A DNA stretch of 64,000 bases, from the NCBI RefSeq assembly GCF_001194135.2, contig NC_068989.1, forward strand, positions 29,035,499 to 29,099,498, read 5' to 3'. The position numbers and the translations under genes were made by a program. The DNA comes from Octopus bimaculoides (taxonomy: Eukaryota). The notes under the pieces were generated by a model. It worked only from the letters and a program-made list of their open reading frames with translations, did no database searches and had not been told where the DNA came from. Below, in pieces: positions 49,249 through 61,610 of the stretch. Position 1 is the stretch's first letter; each line of letters opens with the position of its first letter.

Positions 49249-50627
49249 AACTAAGACAAAAGAGTGTATATTTTAGAACAATATGTGACTTTCTTATTAT
49301 CAAGCAAAAGTTGGTTCATTACCTAAAATTATGATGGAAAGTTTTCTATCATAAAACTAGATGTCTGAAGCAGACAACTTGAAACTGTGAAGAATAAAGA
49401 TAAAAGAGATTGCTCAGCACAACAGTACATGATGAAATCAATGATGATACAGAATTTAGAATTACAAAGTGCAAATGAAAATAGCAAAAATAATGGACAG
49501 TAATGAATATAATTAACGTATAGAGAAATTTGTAAAAGGAGAAGGTTGTGAATAGTTAGATACAAATGACTTTGTTAGATGAAGGAAAACTATTAGGAAG
49601 GAATGTTTCAGAAAGAAATACTTTGGGACGACAAAAATTAGTGATTCAGTTTAAGCTAAATGATTAGTCATTAGACATATGCCATAACTCTTTAAGTAGA
49701 CAGACAAATCTTAAAAAGGAATAAAGAAGAGAAGCTCAGAAAACTCAAAAAAGTAAAGAATCATTACTCCAAGATAATGTTGGTATTTCTACAGCCATTT
49801 AAAGAAAGGTTAAGATTATTTAGCTGTGAAGAATCTGTGAAGAGGTGAGGAAAATAGTACTGCATGGTACATAAAAATGGCAAAGCTACTGTAAAAAGAA
49901 AGTAAACTAGAATATTTTAGACTGAAGCATATATGGCAACAGGGGAATTCCAGACAAGGTAAGAAAATGTATGAATGGTTGTGTATTTTTAAGGAGGTAG
50001 ATGAGGTTTAAAAAGTGAGTTAATCATGGGATACAATTATATCTTTAGAAAATTAAGTCATTGAGAATAGTGGAAAAACACCAATAGGGCAGGATATTAG
50101 TTGTGTGTGTGTGAGAGAGAGAGTGGGGGGTCCTGGGTCACAGTAAGAACTCATGACAGAAATAGTCTGATACTTTGTTAGCTGTCAACATATTAATACA
50201 CACATTCCAATTCCAAATTTAAATAGGTCTCTAAATTTTCATACTTCCCCACAATCAGAAATGAGGCACATTGTTTCTGTGATGACTATCAGGCAATGTT
50301 TAGATAAGAAGATACAAACACCCACACACAGACATGCTAACACACACACATATATGTACATACATATGTGTTTCTGTGATTAGATTCCCATTCTATATTC
50401 AGTTAAATAAACATCAATATTTTTTGACTGAGTAGTAAATTACCTACTCTGAAATCTATATCACATTTCAATTCATTTTCTCTTAGTAAAACCAATGAAA
50501 ACTGTATATCCACAGCTCCACAATCTCAGGATCATTTTTCTATGTTTGCATGCCATGAGTAGGTTGGTATATTTGTTGAAGTAAAGAGCACCTAGATGTG
50601 TCATAAACCAGTCGACCATAATAGAGC

Positions 50628-50658
<31 letters not shown>

Positions 50659-51681
50659 AGTCAGGCAATCTGAGCTATTGATCATGTCAGTAGACAGTAC
50701 ATTCCCCTTAAAACCAATGCAAATAAAAATAGCACTTGGAGTAGCAGATCATACTTGATTAGTATGGTAGAATTAACTTAACCAACTCCTATTTCTCAGG
50801 TTACTGGAAATTTCTGACTTCATGTTTAGTTGAATTCCAGGCACGTAAAGTATTGGCAAATCCCACAATAAAACCTAATCAAACTAAAAATATATTGATC
50901 AGTCAAAATAAAGATAGGTCACCAGTGCAGAATTAGGCTGTTTACAAATGTCTGCTTACAGATAGTGTTGTTTTAAGTTGTTAAAACAGCACAATTTATT
51001 GATTACAAAGTTCACCACATCAGAATACTTCAGGGGAGAAAAGTTACTGGTGTAAATCTGTTTACAGCTAATGAGGTACTGCAAACCTAAGAAGTTTCAG
51101 ATGAAAATAAATGAGAATTTAATCAAACTGATGGCAGCAGTGATGCAATATTAATATTAGATTCACAGACTGCCAATTCCATATAAAATCCTCAATTTTT
51201 AAGTAATCTTGTTTAATAATTTTTCAGTGAATTTGTTTTCATTTGAGATATGTAAGTTTTAAAGCGCTGTGAGAGAAGTACCCAAAAACAGACACCGGTT
51301 GTTTTTCTGTGCCCAGTGTTGATAGGGTTAATGCTTGTGGTTAAGATATTTTGCAGGACGTGACTTGCCCAATTTTCCATATCTTTCTGATAGTAAACAT
51401 TTTAAGTTGGAATTAAAATTTGCTTTTAGTAGTGTTCCAATGAAACGAATATGGGGGGGGGGGGTGATACATGTGTAAACACATGAAAGTGCATGTATCT
51501 GAATAGAACACGCACATTTTTTAAATAGATATGATCAGAGAGAAAACACAATGTAGTATTCCTGATATTTCTAACATAATTAGCAGCCAAGTTTCAGTGA
51601 TAGCTTGAAAATTAGCTATAGTTACTGACTACCAACCTATCACTTGCCAATCAGTCCTAACAGTTTTATTCTCTCACAAAT

Positions 51682-51712
<31 letters not shown>

Positions 51713-53729
51713 CGCTGAGGTATATAAAGTTCAATAAATTTCATAACTGGCAACAATCAGTTTATTTTATGGTATAAGGGCGGTAACTCCGAATACACAA
51801 GCAAATGAGAGAATGAATGAATAAAACGATGTCTGTTGTGAGGAGGAAGAAGAAAAAAAGAGAGTAAGAGAGGAGCGGTGGAATACTTCTGACAAATGCA
51901 ACTTGAATTTCATTTTTTGTCCAAAAGCAAGATATATCCGAAACACTATTGACAAACAATGACTGTTTGGGAGTTTAGGGTGAAAAAAAATAGAGACACT
52001 ATAAACACCAATCTAAAACTGAAGAAACAGGCCAATGGGGTTGGAACTTCATATAATAACATTATTGTATACAGTGTTCGGGTGACAACTAAGTGAAAAG
52101 GAGGTAAAGAGGGAACAGAAAATAGCAATAGATCAAGAAAAGACAGTCAGTAATGCTAACTAGAAGTACATTCACACTACACAGAATAAAAGACAGAAAA
52201 GTGAATACACCCTCCATCTTTTCTTCTCCTTTCTTTTCTTTTCATATCTCGCTTTTTCTTCCCGTTTCTTTTTATTTAAATGATTTAAATAAAATATTAT
52301 TGGTGATACACAAAATCAATCTTATGAGTTTTGTGAAAGTCAAGTGTAATAAAGTAAATATTTTACTAAGTATTCTCCCTTCTGCCAGATTATTGTCAAA
52401 ACTTTTATACTTAACTGCATCCTAACAGACATCATTGTAACCACTGTTATACTCACTATTTAATAACTACCTATAACAATATTACACTGCTGGTTATGAC
52501 GTGTTACGTTATTTTAAATAACCTTATCTATGGATCAAAATGTTTAATACACAAAAATATAATGCTCAAGGTTTATAAAATTAATACATCAAAATAAAAA
52601 AATAAGACAGGTTATAAAACTTGTAAGAAAGTTTATATAACGTCCTCTTCATTGATACTCTATATCACTACATTAGTTATTGAATTATTGTCTTCGTTTA
52701 ACCCTAGATCAGTACTGATCAAGCAAACTTATGATCAAAAGGCACAGTAAAGAAGCACAGGTGTGACTGTGTGGTTAAGGTGGCAGCTAGGATGTCCCGT
52801 GCTGCCCAAAGTTTTGAGTGAATTTGGGAGGGAGGTAGAAATGGAAAGAAGCCCATTCTGTGTTTACATGTATGTTTATGCTCGTCCACCACCATTTGAC
52901 AACTGGTATTGGTTTGTTCATGCCTCCATAACCTAGTGGTTCAGCAAAAGAAATTGATAGACTAAGTACCAGGCTTTAAATATAAGTACTGGGGTCAATT
53001 TGTTTGACTAGGCCCTTCAATGCATGGCTGTAGTCCAATAACTTAATGGGCCTAGAAAACAAATTGACCCTGGTACTTTTTATTCTTTTTTATAAAAGAC
53101 TAGTGGTAATACCTGTCATTGATCAGGTAATTAATTTTACTCTTTCTCAGGAGCCACATTCAAAGTGTTATTATATATAGAGAGATTTACTCCTCCTGTA
53201 TGTGTGTATTTTATAAGGGATGGCGGTACAGAAAATGATTGCTGCCAAATTGAAAAAAGCTGTCATGGACAAATAGAGGAGTCCAACAGCTATGAAAATA
53301 AAATTATAAACAAAATTCAAAATTTATACACTTTTAGCACATATTAAACATGATAAACATAAATAAAAGTGAGTTTTAAAAAAGATGCATCCGATTTCAC
53401 TCAAATCATCATTAATTCTGGGACACCCTGTATTTACTCGTCTGACTAAACAAGGGAAGGAACATAGTGGGGGACTAATTGCAGGTGGCAAGTGTAGCTT
53501 CTGGAAAAGGTCACATGGTCAAACTTGAATGGCTGTGAGTCACAACAGTTAGCAGTTTGTCTTTTTGTATGAACATTTTGCATTATATAGTTCAGATATA
53601 GATGATATAGAAAGCAGACAAGCTGCCAGGCCACGCTGCATTGTGCAGGATTGGAAACATGAAACACTAACAGGGCACTTCTGGAAAATGGATCTGTTGT
53701 GCCTTTACCCAGCTGCACACACATGCACA

Positions 53730-54285
53730 TGGCCCAGTGGTGTGTGGGATAGTAACATGAAGCATCAACAGGGCACTGACAAAAATTTTAGTGTCCTTCT
53801 CATTTCTTCTGCCAAATTGGACAAAAAGGTTTTTATGAAATATTATACACTACTTATAATGCATAAGTAATGTCAATATTTTATTATCGAAAAATGGCCT
53901 AAAACAGAGATAAAACCCAGTGCAGTATACTCAAATCTGATTAATCTGCATTTTTGGGGGGCCCATAATTGGTGTTGGAAATTTTTTTTACTTAACAGCA
54001 ATTCGAGGAGCCTAATTAATGTTTGTTGCAAATTTGGAGGAAAGCAACTGGATACTCTGCAAGTTACAGGCCTTAACACTGTGGAAATGTTTAAAAAATG
54101 TGGTTTATTTGCCCCTGTGCCCGCATTAGTCAAGAAGTTGAAATTGTTTTGGCCCATGACACTCCATGGACCCTATGTAATGCATGTATATAATTTCATT
54201 AAAATCGGTCAAGTGGGTCTCGAGTTTTAATGACATGACAAATACAGAGACAGACACACATCCTGTGTATTTTATATATAGATAA
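53730..54285 (+). mobile_element. Helentron/DINE-like non-autonomous element
   Basis: Ends aatttcattaaaatcggtcaagtgggtctcgagtt...acagagacagacac...ttttatatatagat, the end structure typical of such elements; left boundary uncertain. Confidence 0.5.
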
Positions 54286-55282
54286 AAATAACTGTGATCA
54301 TCTCATCCCTTTTTTATTTTTTATTTCTGAACTAGGATCAAATTACCCAATGTTTCTTTTTTTATATAATGGTAGGGTGTGAAAAAAAAGGGGAGATAAT
54401 AATAGAAATAAAAAGAATACAATAGGAATGACTTACAAATAACATTAAACTGTTTGCTAATCAAGTTATTTACTATTGCTTAATCATTACCAAAACATGA
54501 ATTCAATAATTTTTCAAGATATCAAATGCTATAGTTTAAGGGTAGTTTAAAAAAAAATTTTTTATCATGTTTGACCTCCTAGAAACAACAACCAAACCTT
54601 CCTTAAATCATTTCCCTATCATGTTAGATATGGTTACAGCTGAAATGTGTTTGATCATAACTAACCTAGGGCTAAACAATATAAAACTTAATATTTGTTT
54701 TGTATTCAAACACAGTAACAATCAAATATCCTCAATAAAGTTTGTTGACACAGATATTTCTAATAACTATTTTGGGTCAAGGTTGTACTCTCATAATAAT
54801 TTATCCTTCACCTCCCATTTCTTCAATCTTTTCAGCCAATATGGCTGTTTGCTTTTTAATCACGTAGTTCCAGATCCAAAATCACTGAACCTTGAGCAAG
54901 TCTTTTCTACCACACCCTTGGACCTTGTGGATGATATTGTGGATTAAACCCCAACACCTGATTTCTTTAATGTAGTCCATTCAGACCAAGTCTATAGTCT
55001 ACACATAACTTGCCATCTTGGTATGTTGCTTGTTAAGGCAGTAATTTATAACGTCTTAATTCTCCTTTTCCTTTCTGCCACTCCTGCCAGTCTTAGAGGT
55101 GATGCCTTTTCTCCTCTAATTAAGCATACATAATAAATGTTGAAGGACTTGTGGTTTAATTTCTACCCTCATTGCTTTTATTTCTACTGTCTTTTTCAGT
55201 CAGGAGGAATGGCAATCCATCGTTTGGATCATTGGATGGAAGATATGTTTAAACTCAAACCTGGCCCAAACTCAAACCAGTC

Positions 55283-55656
55283 AAGTCTTAATTGAGAAAG
55301 AAAACAAACTATGCTGGATCATAGATATAGCATGCCCAGCTGATAACAAGGTATGCGGTAAGGAAGAAAGAAAAGTCGAGTGATATGACAGGTTAGCTTG
55401 GGAAGTAAAGCAGTCATGGTCGATGAAAAAGGTAGCAGTAGTACCAATAATTGTCAGAGCTCTGCGAACAGTGAGCAAAAATCTCGAGAAGTACGTGGAA
55501 CAAATGGGGGCTGCAATAAGGGTGAAGAACTTGCAGAAAACAGCACTGCTTAGAACCGCTCGAATACTCCAGAAGGTGCTCGAAAAATAAGAGGTGTTAC
55601 CTTAGTGAACAGCTGACACTATAATACATCTCCAGCGTTAGAAGCTGTGCAAAGGC
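55283..55656 (+). mobile_element. R4/Dong-like RLE 3' fragment 2
   Basis: VLIEKENKLCWIIDIACPADNKV...KVE*YDRLAWEVKQSW...VVPIIVRAL...LQKTALLRTARILQKVLEK*; ends in (AAT)n. Confidence 0.88.
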
Positions 55657-55690
55657 AATAATAATAATAATAAAAATAATGATAATAAAT

Positions 55691-56240
55691 ACCCCAATGC
55701 AATACCAGACAGTGGCTCTCATGGTTTCCAATCTTAACTGATTGGAAGTGTTATCACATATATGGTCTTGGTGTAGAAGATTGGCTATAGCAAATATTCT
55801 GCTCAATACCATAGATTTGCTTGTCATTGCTTGATTGTAATGAGTTGAGCATGTCCTTTAGTGGCTGATGATATGTGCATCTCTGATCACAAGAAGGAGT
55901 AGTAGGAGAGCATCATAGCCATGTGTTGAGAGGGATTGTTTGGGGTTTGAATAATTCACCCCTGGAAACATGGGTGTTTTGTTCATCATCCTTAAACAAC
56001 ACTTATTCTGGGATTGTTTGCATGGGATGAGTACTCAACCTGAACAAAATTCTACCTGGGTTTCACCAGTAAGGTCATGCACTGTTTATCTTCATTTGAA
56101 ATCGCCATGTTGTGCGCACACAGTTGTGATAAATGTGCCTGGTATACCCTCATCAGACAGGTAGTCATGATGGGTATATATTGGGCTTTGTATATTTGTA
56201 TCTCAGTGTCACTTTGATGGCATGTGCTGCTCCCTTACGC
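55691..56240. mobile_element. Element X, copy 3 (reverse orientation)
   Basis: Reverse complement of 45261-45780; (AAT)n on both sides. Confidence 0.9.
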
Positions 56241-56270
56241 AATAATAATAATAATAATAATAATAATAAT

Positions 56271-56969
56271 CACTTGACAACAATAATCTTGGATATGCCC
56301 ATCCAGACTGACAAAGAGATTTAGGCAAACCATCCAGTACAATAATAAAAGACTGGAAAGCAAACACATGCACACTGATATACATCTCAATCCCTTCTGA
56401 TGAAAATATTGCCTGGAAGGAGGTGAAGATATTTGAAGTATTCAAGATGTGGGGGCATGACGATGAAAACAGTACCACTAATAATTGGAGCATAAAGTAT
56501 GATAAAAAGAATATATGGAAAGTAACATGGAAATCATACTAAGGCTCACAACATGCTATTCATTGCCCAAAAAGCAGCTCTATTAGGAACAGCCAACATC
56601 ATATCCAAGACGCTGTCAAATCGACAAAATACCTCAATTCAATAAAATAGCTCAAATAAAACAATCTTCACACACAATACACACCCTACACAATAAGAAC
56701 CTAATAATCTAAAACAACACAACTCCTCCCACATATACTATACAAGATTAAGGCCCAATAAAATAACACAACTCTCATTACACACACCACATGCACTATT
56801 ACAAGAAGAAACAAAACCCCATAGCAAAACAAACTAATGCAGTGTGTTTATACTTCCCCAATTCCTACAAAATTAAGAAGAGAAATACCACACACACACC
56901 TCAGGGACAAGGAGAAGCACCAAGTGCTGCAGTAAAAATTGCACGAAACTACTGAACAAAAACTTCCAC
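56271..56969 (+). mobile_element. R4/Dong-like RLE 3' fragment 3 with a long AC-rich 3' UTR
   Basis: DMPIQTDKEI*ANHP..IIKDWKANTCTLIYISIPSD...TVPLIIGA...AQKAALLGTANII; (AAT)n on both sides. Confidence 0.8.
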
Positions 56970-57180
56970 AATAATAATAATAAAAATGATGATAATGATA
57001 ATCTTTTCTACTATAGGCACAAGGCCTGGAATTTAGGGAGATGGGGCTAGTTGATTATTTTATCAACCCCGAAAGGAAGAAAGGTAAAGATGACCTCAGT
57101 GGAATTTCAACTCAAAACATAAATATGGATTAAATGTCATTTAGCATTTTGCCTGGCATGTTAATAATAATAATAATAAT

Positions 57181-59270
57181 ATTCGACTAATAACATGTCT
57201 TCTGCTAATGTGGAAACTATTGTCAGTGCTTTGGCCCATGCACTGTATAGACACTAGAAAAAAGTGAACAGAAAGGGTGCCAAAAGAGGAGCTAGGGAAT
57301 GAAAGATCAACTGTTAATTGATAATCTAATTATCAGAAACTGCAGGAAGAGACACACAAACCTGAGCATGGCATGGATTGACTATCATAAAGTATATAAT
57401 ATGATACCACACTCTTAGAAGCCTTATATGGAACAGAATGACATGCTGGAGAACTGAATTGACAGCAAAGAATCAGGTGTTAGGAGAGGTGAAAATCAAG
57501 AGAGGAATCTTCCAAGGGGATAGTGTGTCCCCACTGATTTTGGGAACGATACACATGCTGGGAATGATCCCCTTAAGTGAAACACTACAGAAGACAAAGT
57601 CAGGGTATGATTTAGGAAGAAGTACGAGAAAACTGAACCACTTGCTATTCATAGACGACTTGAAGTTGTTCACAAAAAGTAAGGCAGAACTGGATAGCCT
57701 AGTCCAGTCTGTGGGGATTTTCTCAAATGTTAGTAAAATGAAGTTTGGACTCTGAAAATGTGCTACAATGGTGATGAGACAAGGAAAGCTTGTCAGGACA
57801 GAAGGCATATGGTTGCCAAATGGTGAAATGATGAAGGCAATTGAACTTCAATCAGTTGTAAATACCTGGGAATAGTTGAGGCAGATGGAATTAAACACAA
57901 CGACATGAAAGAAAAGATGATGAAAGAATACCAGCAGCAAGTTAGAAAAATATTGGCTTCAAAGCTGAATGCCAGAAACAAAACTTCAGCAATAAACTCG
58001 TGCATAGTAGCAGTAGTTCAGCATGATGCTGGAATTTTGAAATGGATGGAAGCGGAGCTAAATGAGTTGGACAAGAAGACAACGAAGCCCCTAACGATGC
58101 ATGAAGCCCATCATCCATGTGCAGATAATGATTGCCTATATATGAAGAGAGCAACTGGAGGAAGGGGACTGATAAGTGTGGAAGGCTGTGTACGTATCGA
58201 ACTTGAGAGCTTAATGAGATACCTATACCAAAATAAGGAAATCTTGCTAGTATCAGTTAGGAATGAGGGAGTATCGAAAGCAGAAAAAAAAAGGAAGAAG
58301 TACAAAAAGGGCATGAAGAAGTATTACACAACAAAGGACTACACAATCAACTCCAGTTGCTGGAAAACATAGGTGAGAATGACTACAAAGAATAAGGAGG
58401 AGGAGGAGGAGGAGGGATTAGTATCAGACTGCAATATAAGAAGGTATTTGTTAGCCCTTTTGCTTGCCAATCAACCTAAGACCACTTTCTGTGATACAAA
58501 TTTCCTGTTTTAAAATTATCTAAATTAAAACCTTCCATCAAAATGCTGTTAAATTATGTTCCAGATAGCAGCTTAATGATAACAATTAATGTGTTAAATA
58601 CTTCATTATTTTCAAAATTAAATGAAAAAAGTCAGTGTTTTTTAATAGAAATACAGCAATGAAAGGTATAATGTTGGTCATGCCTGAGGATTCTGTTGGT
58701 GATTATCAACAAACTACAAATTAGCTTAAACTTGTAACAGTTAAAGTTTAAAGCTATGTAGAAGCAAAAACACAGTTCAACAGTGGTGAACAACCAACCA
58801 TAAAACCGTACCTTTACATAACTAATATTTTTGTGAATTGGATGTCATATGTATAAATAAAAGACTATCACTGACACAAATCAGGCCTGAATAGGGCAGC
58901 AGAAGCATCAACATTTATTATATAGAACTAGGCCTCCATTACTAGATATACTGAATGGAATATGAATAGCTCTTACAATATGACAAATGTTGCTTTTGTG
59001 TAGAATGTCTCAAAACAATGCACCATATTGTGTCAGCATGTCCCAACACAATGCACTCTGAGATTCAATATTGTAATAAAGCTGCTCTACATGTCTTGCT
59101 ACCATATTTCAACTGCTGCAATTAAAAGCTGTCTGGAGCTCACATGAGTCTCCATCTATCTTAGAAAATGACAATACAAAAACATTTTGGAGCTTAAGCA
59201 TACAGACAGAACTCTAGAGAGTATGTAATAAGCTTGACATCATTCTTTCATGACAAAAATGGTAATTCAT
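57181..59270 (+). mobile_element. R4/Dong-like retrotransposon fragment 4 (RT, CCHC and start of RLE), interrupted by a MITE
   Basis: [60 protein letters not shown]; later DKCCFCVECLKTMHHIVSACP and ENDNTKTFW; starts after (AAT)n. Confidence 0.88.
58455..58670. mobile_element. piggyBac-type MITE (relative of 37245-37455)
   Basis: ttag|cccttttg start and shared body (aatttcctgttttaaa...aaaaccttccatcaaaa); right end decayed. Confidence 0.6.
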
Positions 59271-59363
59271 AGTAATTATTGATTCAGCAATATCAAATGA
59301 CTATAAGATTGTGCAAAAACGAGCTGAAAAACCAACCCAATCATCATCCCATTTGCAACTGAC

Positions 59364-59466
<103 letters not shown>

Positions 59467-59643
59467 TGTATATATACATGCACACACATATGATATCAGC
59501 TTTTTTATGATCAAAATCTGGGCTTTTTTTTTTGCTTTTTTTTTACTTTTACACTGGCAACCCTGCTTATAACTTGTATATTCATTTACACACGAGACAG
59601 TGCAGTAAGAGGTTGTGCTGCTCTATATAGGTGTGTACTATCA

Positions 59644-61610
59644 TACTGTGTAACTTCTTATTTTTCTAAGCTTGTGACTGCTTTTATTGGTATTTATTTC
59701 CTTTCTTTCAGATTATGTCTGCCTTTGCTGTTACTTGTCGTAAGTGCCTAATTCCTTTTGCTATATCTGTGGCAGTTTCACCATTCCCAGTTAAAGGACA
59801 AACATCAGCACATTTGTTAAGTGAGACTATTTTGCATATTTTTAAGTAAGACGAATCTTGGGCCCTTCACAAGGTGTACAAGCAGTATGTAAGAGTTTAT
59901 GGACATGGATCAAGGGAACACGTGATAAGTTGGCATTTGGTATACGTACAATTTGGCAAGAGCCAGAGATCATTGCACAGACTGTTACTTTTACTTAGTG
60001 AAAACTTAAGGATATAACAAGAAAAACAAATGTAAAATCAAGTATTTTAGTCTACCATCAGCCATTCATCCAGTACCACATTCAGTTGAAATCCCAGTGC
60101 CAGTTTCTGCTCAACTTCCCTCTCTTGAAGATCTGGATCATGATGAAGAACATTGTGGCAGCAATGACGTAGATTTTGAAATTGAAGATGACTCAGCTCG
60201 TAAGGTATTCAATCAGAATAAGTTGAATGATTTGGTACAAGATTTGGGACTATCAAAAAAGGCTTCAGGACTCCTAGCATCAAGACTGAATGAGAAAATA
60301 TTGCTTGAAAAAGAAGCAAAGGTATCCTAATTTTGATCCAGAGAAAGTGCATTTATGCAGTACTTTTGAAGTGACAGCAGCTTTGTGTATTGCCATAACA
60401 TACAAAGTTTACTAAAGGAATTGGGAATTTCAATTTACAACTCAACTGAATGGCAACTGTTCATCAATAGCTCAAAGCGGAGCTTAAAGTATATCCTCCT
60501 CAACAATGGCAATTTATATGGTGCAGTCTCAATTGGGAATTCAGTTATTGAGCTGTTGCAATATCACAAACATGACTGGATCATCTGTGTTAACCTTAAA
60601 ATAGTATGCATCCTTCTTGGTTATACCAAGTATCTCTGCTTTCTGTGCATGTGGGACAGTAGAGCTCAAGAGAAGCATTGGGTGGAGAGGAATTGGCCTC
60701 CAAGACCTGACCTCAATTCATGTGATCATAACGTTCTACATGAGTCATTTGTTGTCAGAAAGAAAATTATGTTTCCACCTCTGTACATTAAACTAGGTCT
60801 CGTGGAGCAATTCATTAAAGAAGTGCCTACTGAAGGTACCTCACTTTAGCATTTCCTGGCCTGTCAATTGAAAAAAAAATCAAGGCCAGTGTGTTTGATG
60901 GTCCACAGATTCAGCAGCTCAAAAAAGATGATCATTTCATCCAGACAATGTCAGAAGTTGAAAAGAATGCTTTATCATCATTCAAAGACCTTGTCAAGAA
61001 CTTTCTTGGAAAAATACAAGCAAGAAATTACACTGAGATTGTCCAGAAACTATTGGAGAGCAACAAGGCTCTTGGATGCAACATGAGCATCAAGTTGCAA
61101 TTTTTTGCAAAGCCATCTTGCTAACTTACCAGAAAATGTTGGTTATGTTGGTGATAAGCAAGGTGAAAGATTACACCAAGATTTGAAGGTCATGGAGGAG
61201 TAGTATCAGGGTAGATGGGATATAAATATGATGGCTGACTATTGTTGGAGCATCAAGCAAGATTGTCCACAGAATAAACACTCCAGGAAAAGCTATAAGC
61301 ATAAATTTTTATCTAAACAACTTGCATACAATTTGACTTACAGTAACAATATCTTTTATATGAATAAAAAATTTTCACAAACATTAGTCAAGCAGTGTTT
61401 TATTATTTTTCACTGTATGTAAATTTGCAATACATTATAAAATAAGCCCAAATTTGTTAGATGCAGTCTTTTTATGGCTTTTGAGACAAAACAAGAATAA
61501 AAAAACCTGATGTGATACAGAAAAACTGGGTTCATTTTTGGATTCAGAGACCTAAAGTTAGTCAAAAACAAGTGACAGATCTAACTCAATGGAAATTGTG
61601 TTCCACAGTA
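59644..61610 (+). mobile_element. Chapaev3-like (CMC) DNA transposon, near full length, transposase decayed
   Basis: Ends tactgtgtaac / gttccacagta (10/11 inverted match); ATG at 59714; NSFCYICGSF, WQEPRDHCTDCYF, FNQNKLNDLVQDLGLSK, WQLFINSSKRSLK, FLCMWDSR, FDGPQI, LGCNMSIKL, QGERLHQD, MMADYCW; family assignment from remembered motifs. Confidence 0.75.

Noticed and set aside
54836-54947. Apparent plus-strand terminal exon (QYGCLLFNHVVPDPKSLNLEQ...*), part of the 126-aa ORF
   Set aside because: The sequence aligns with the family C SINE head (tatggctgt...ttgctt...cacgtagttcc...ccttgagcaagtc); chance ORF.
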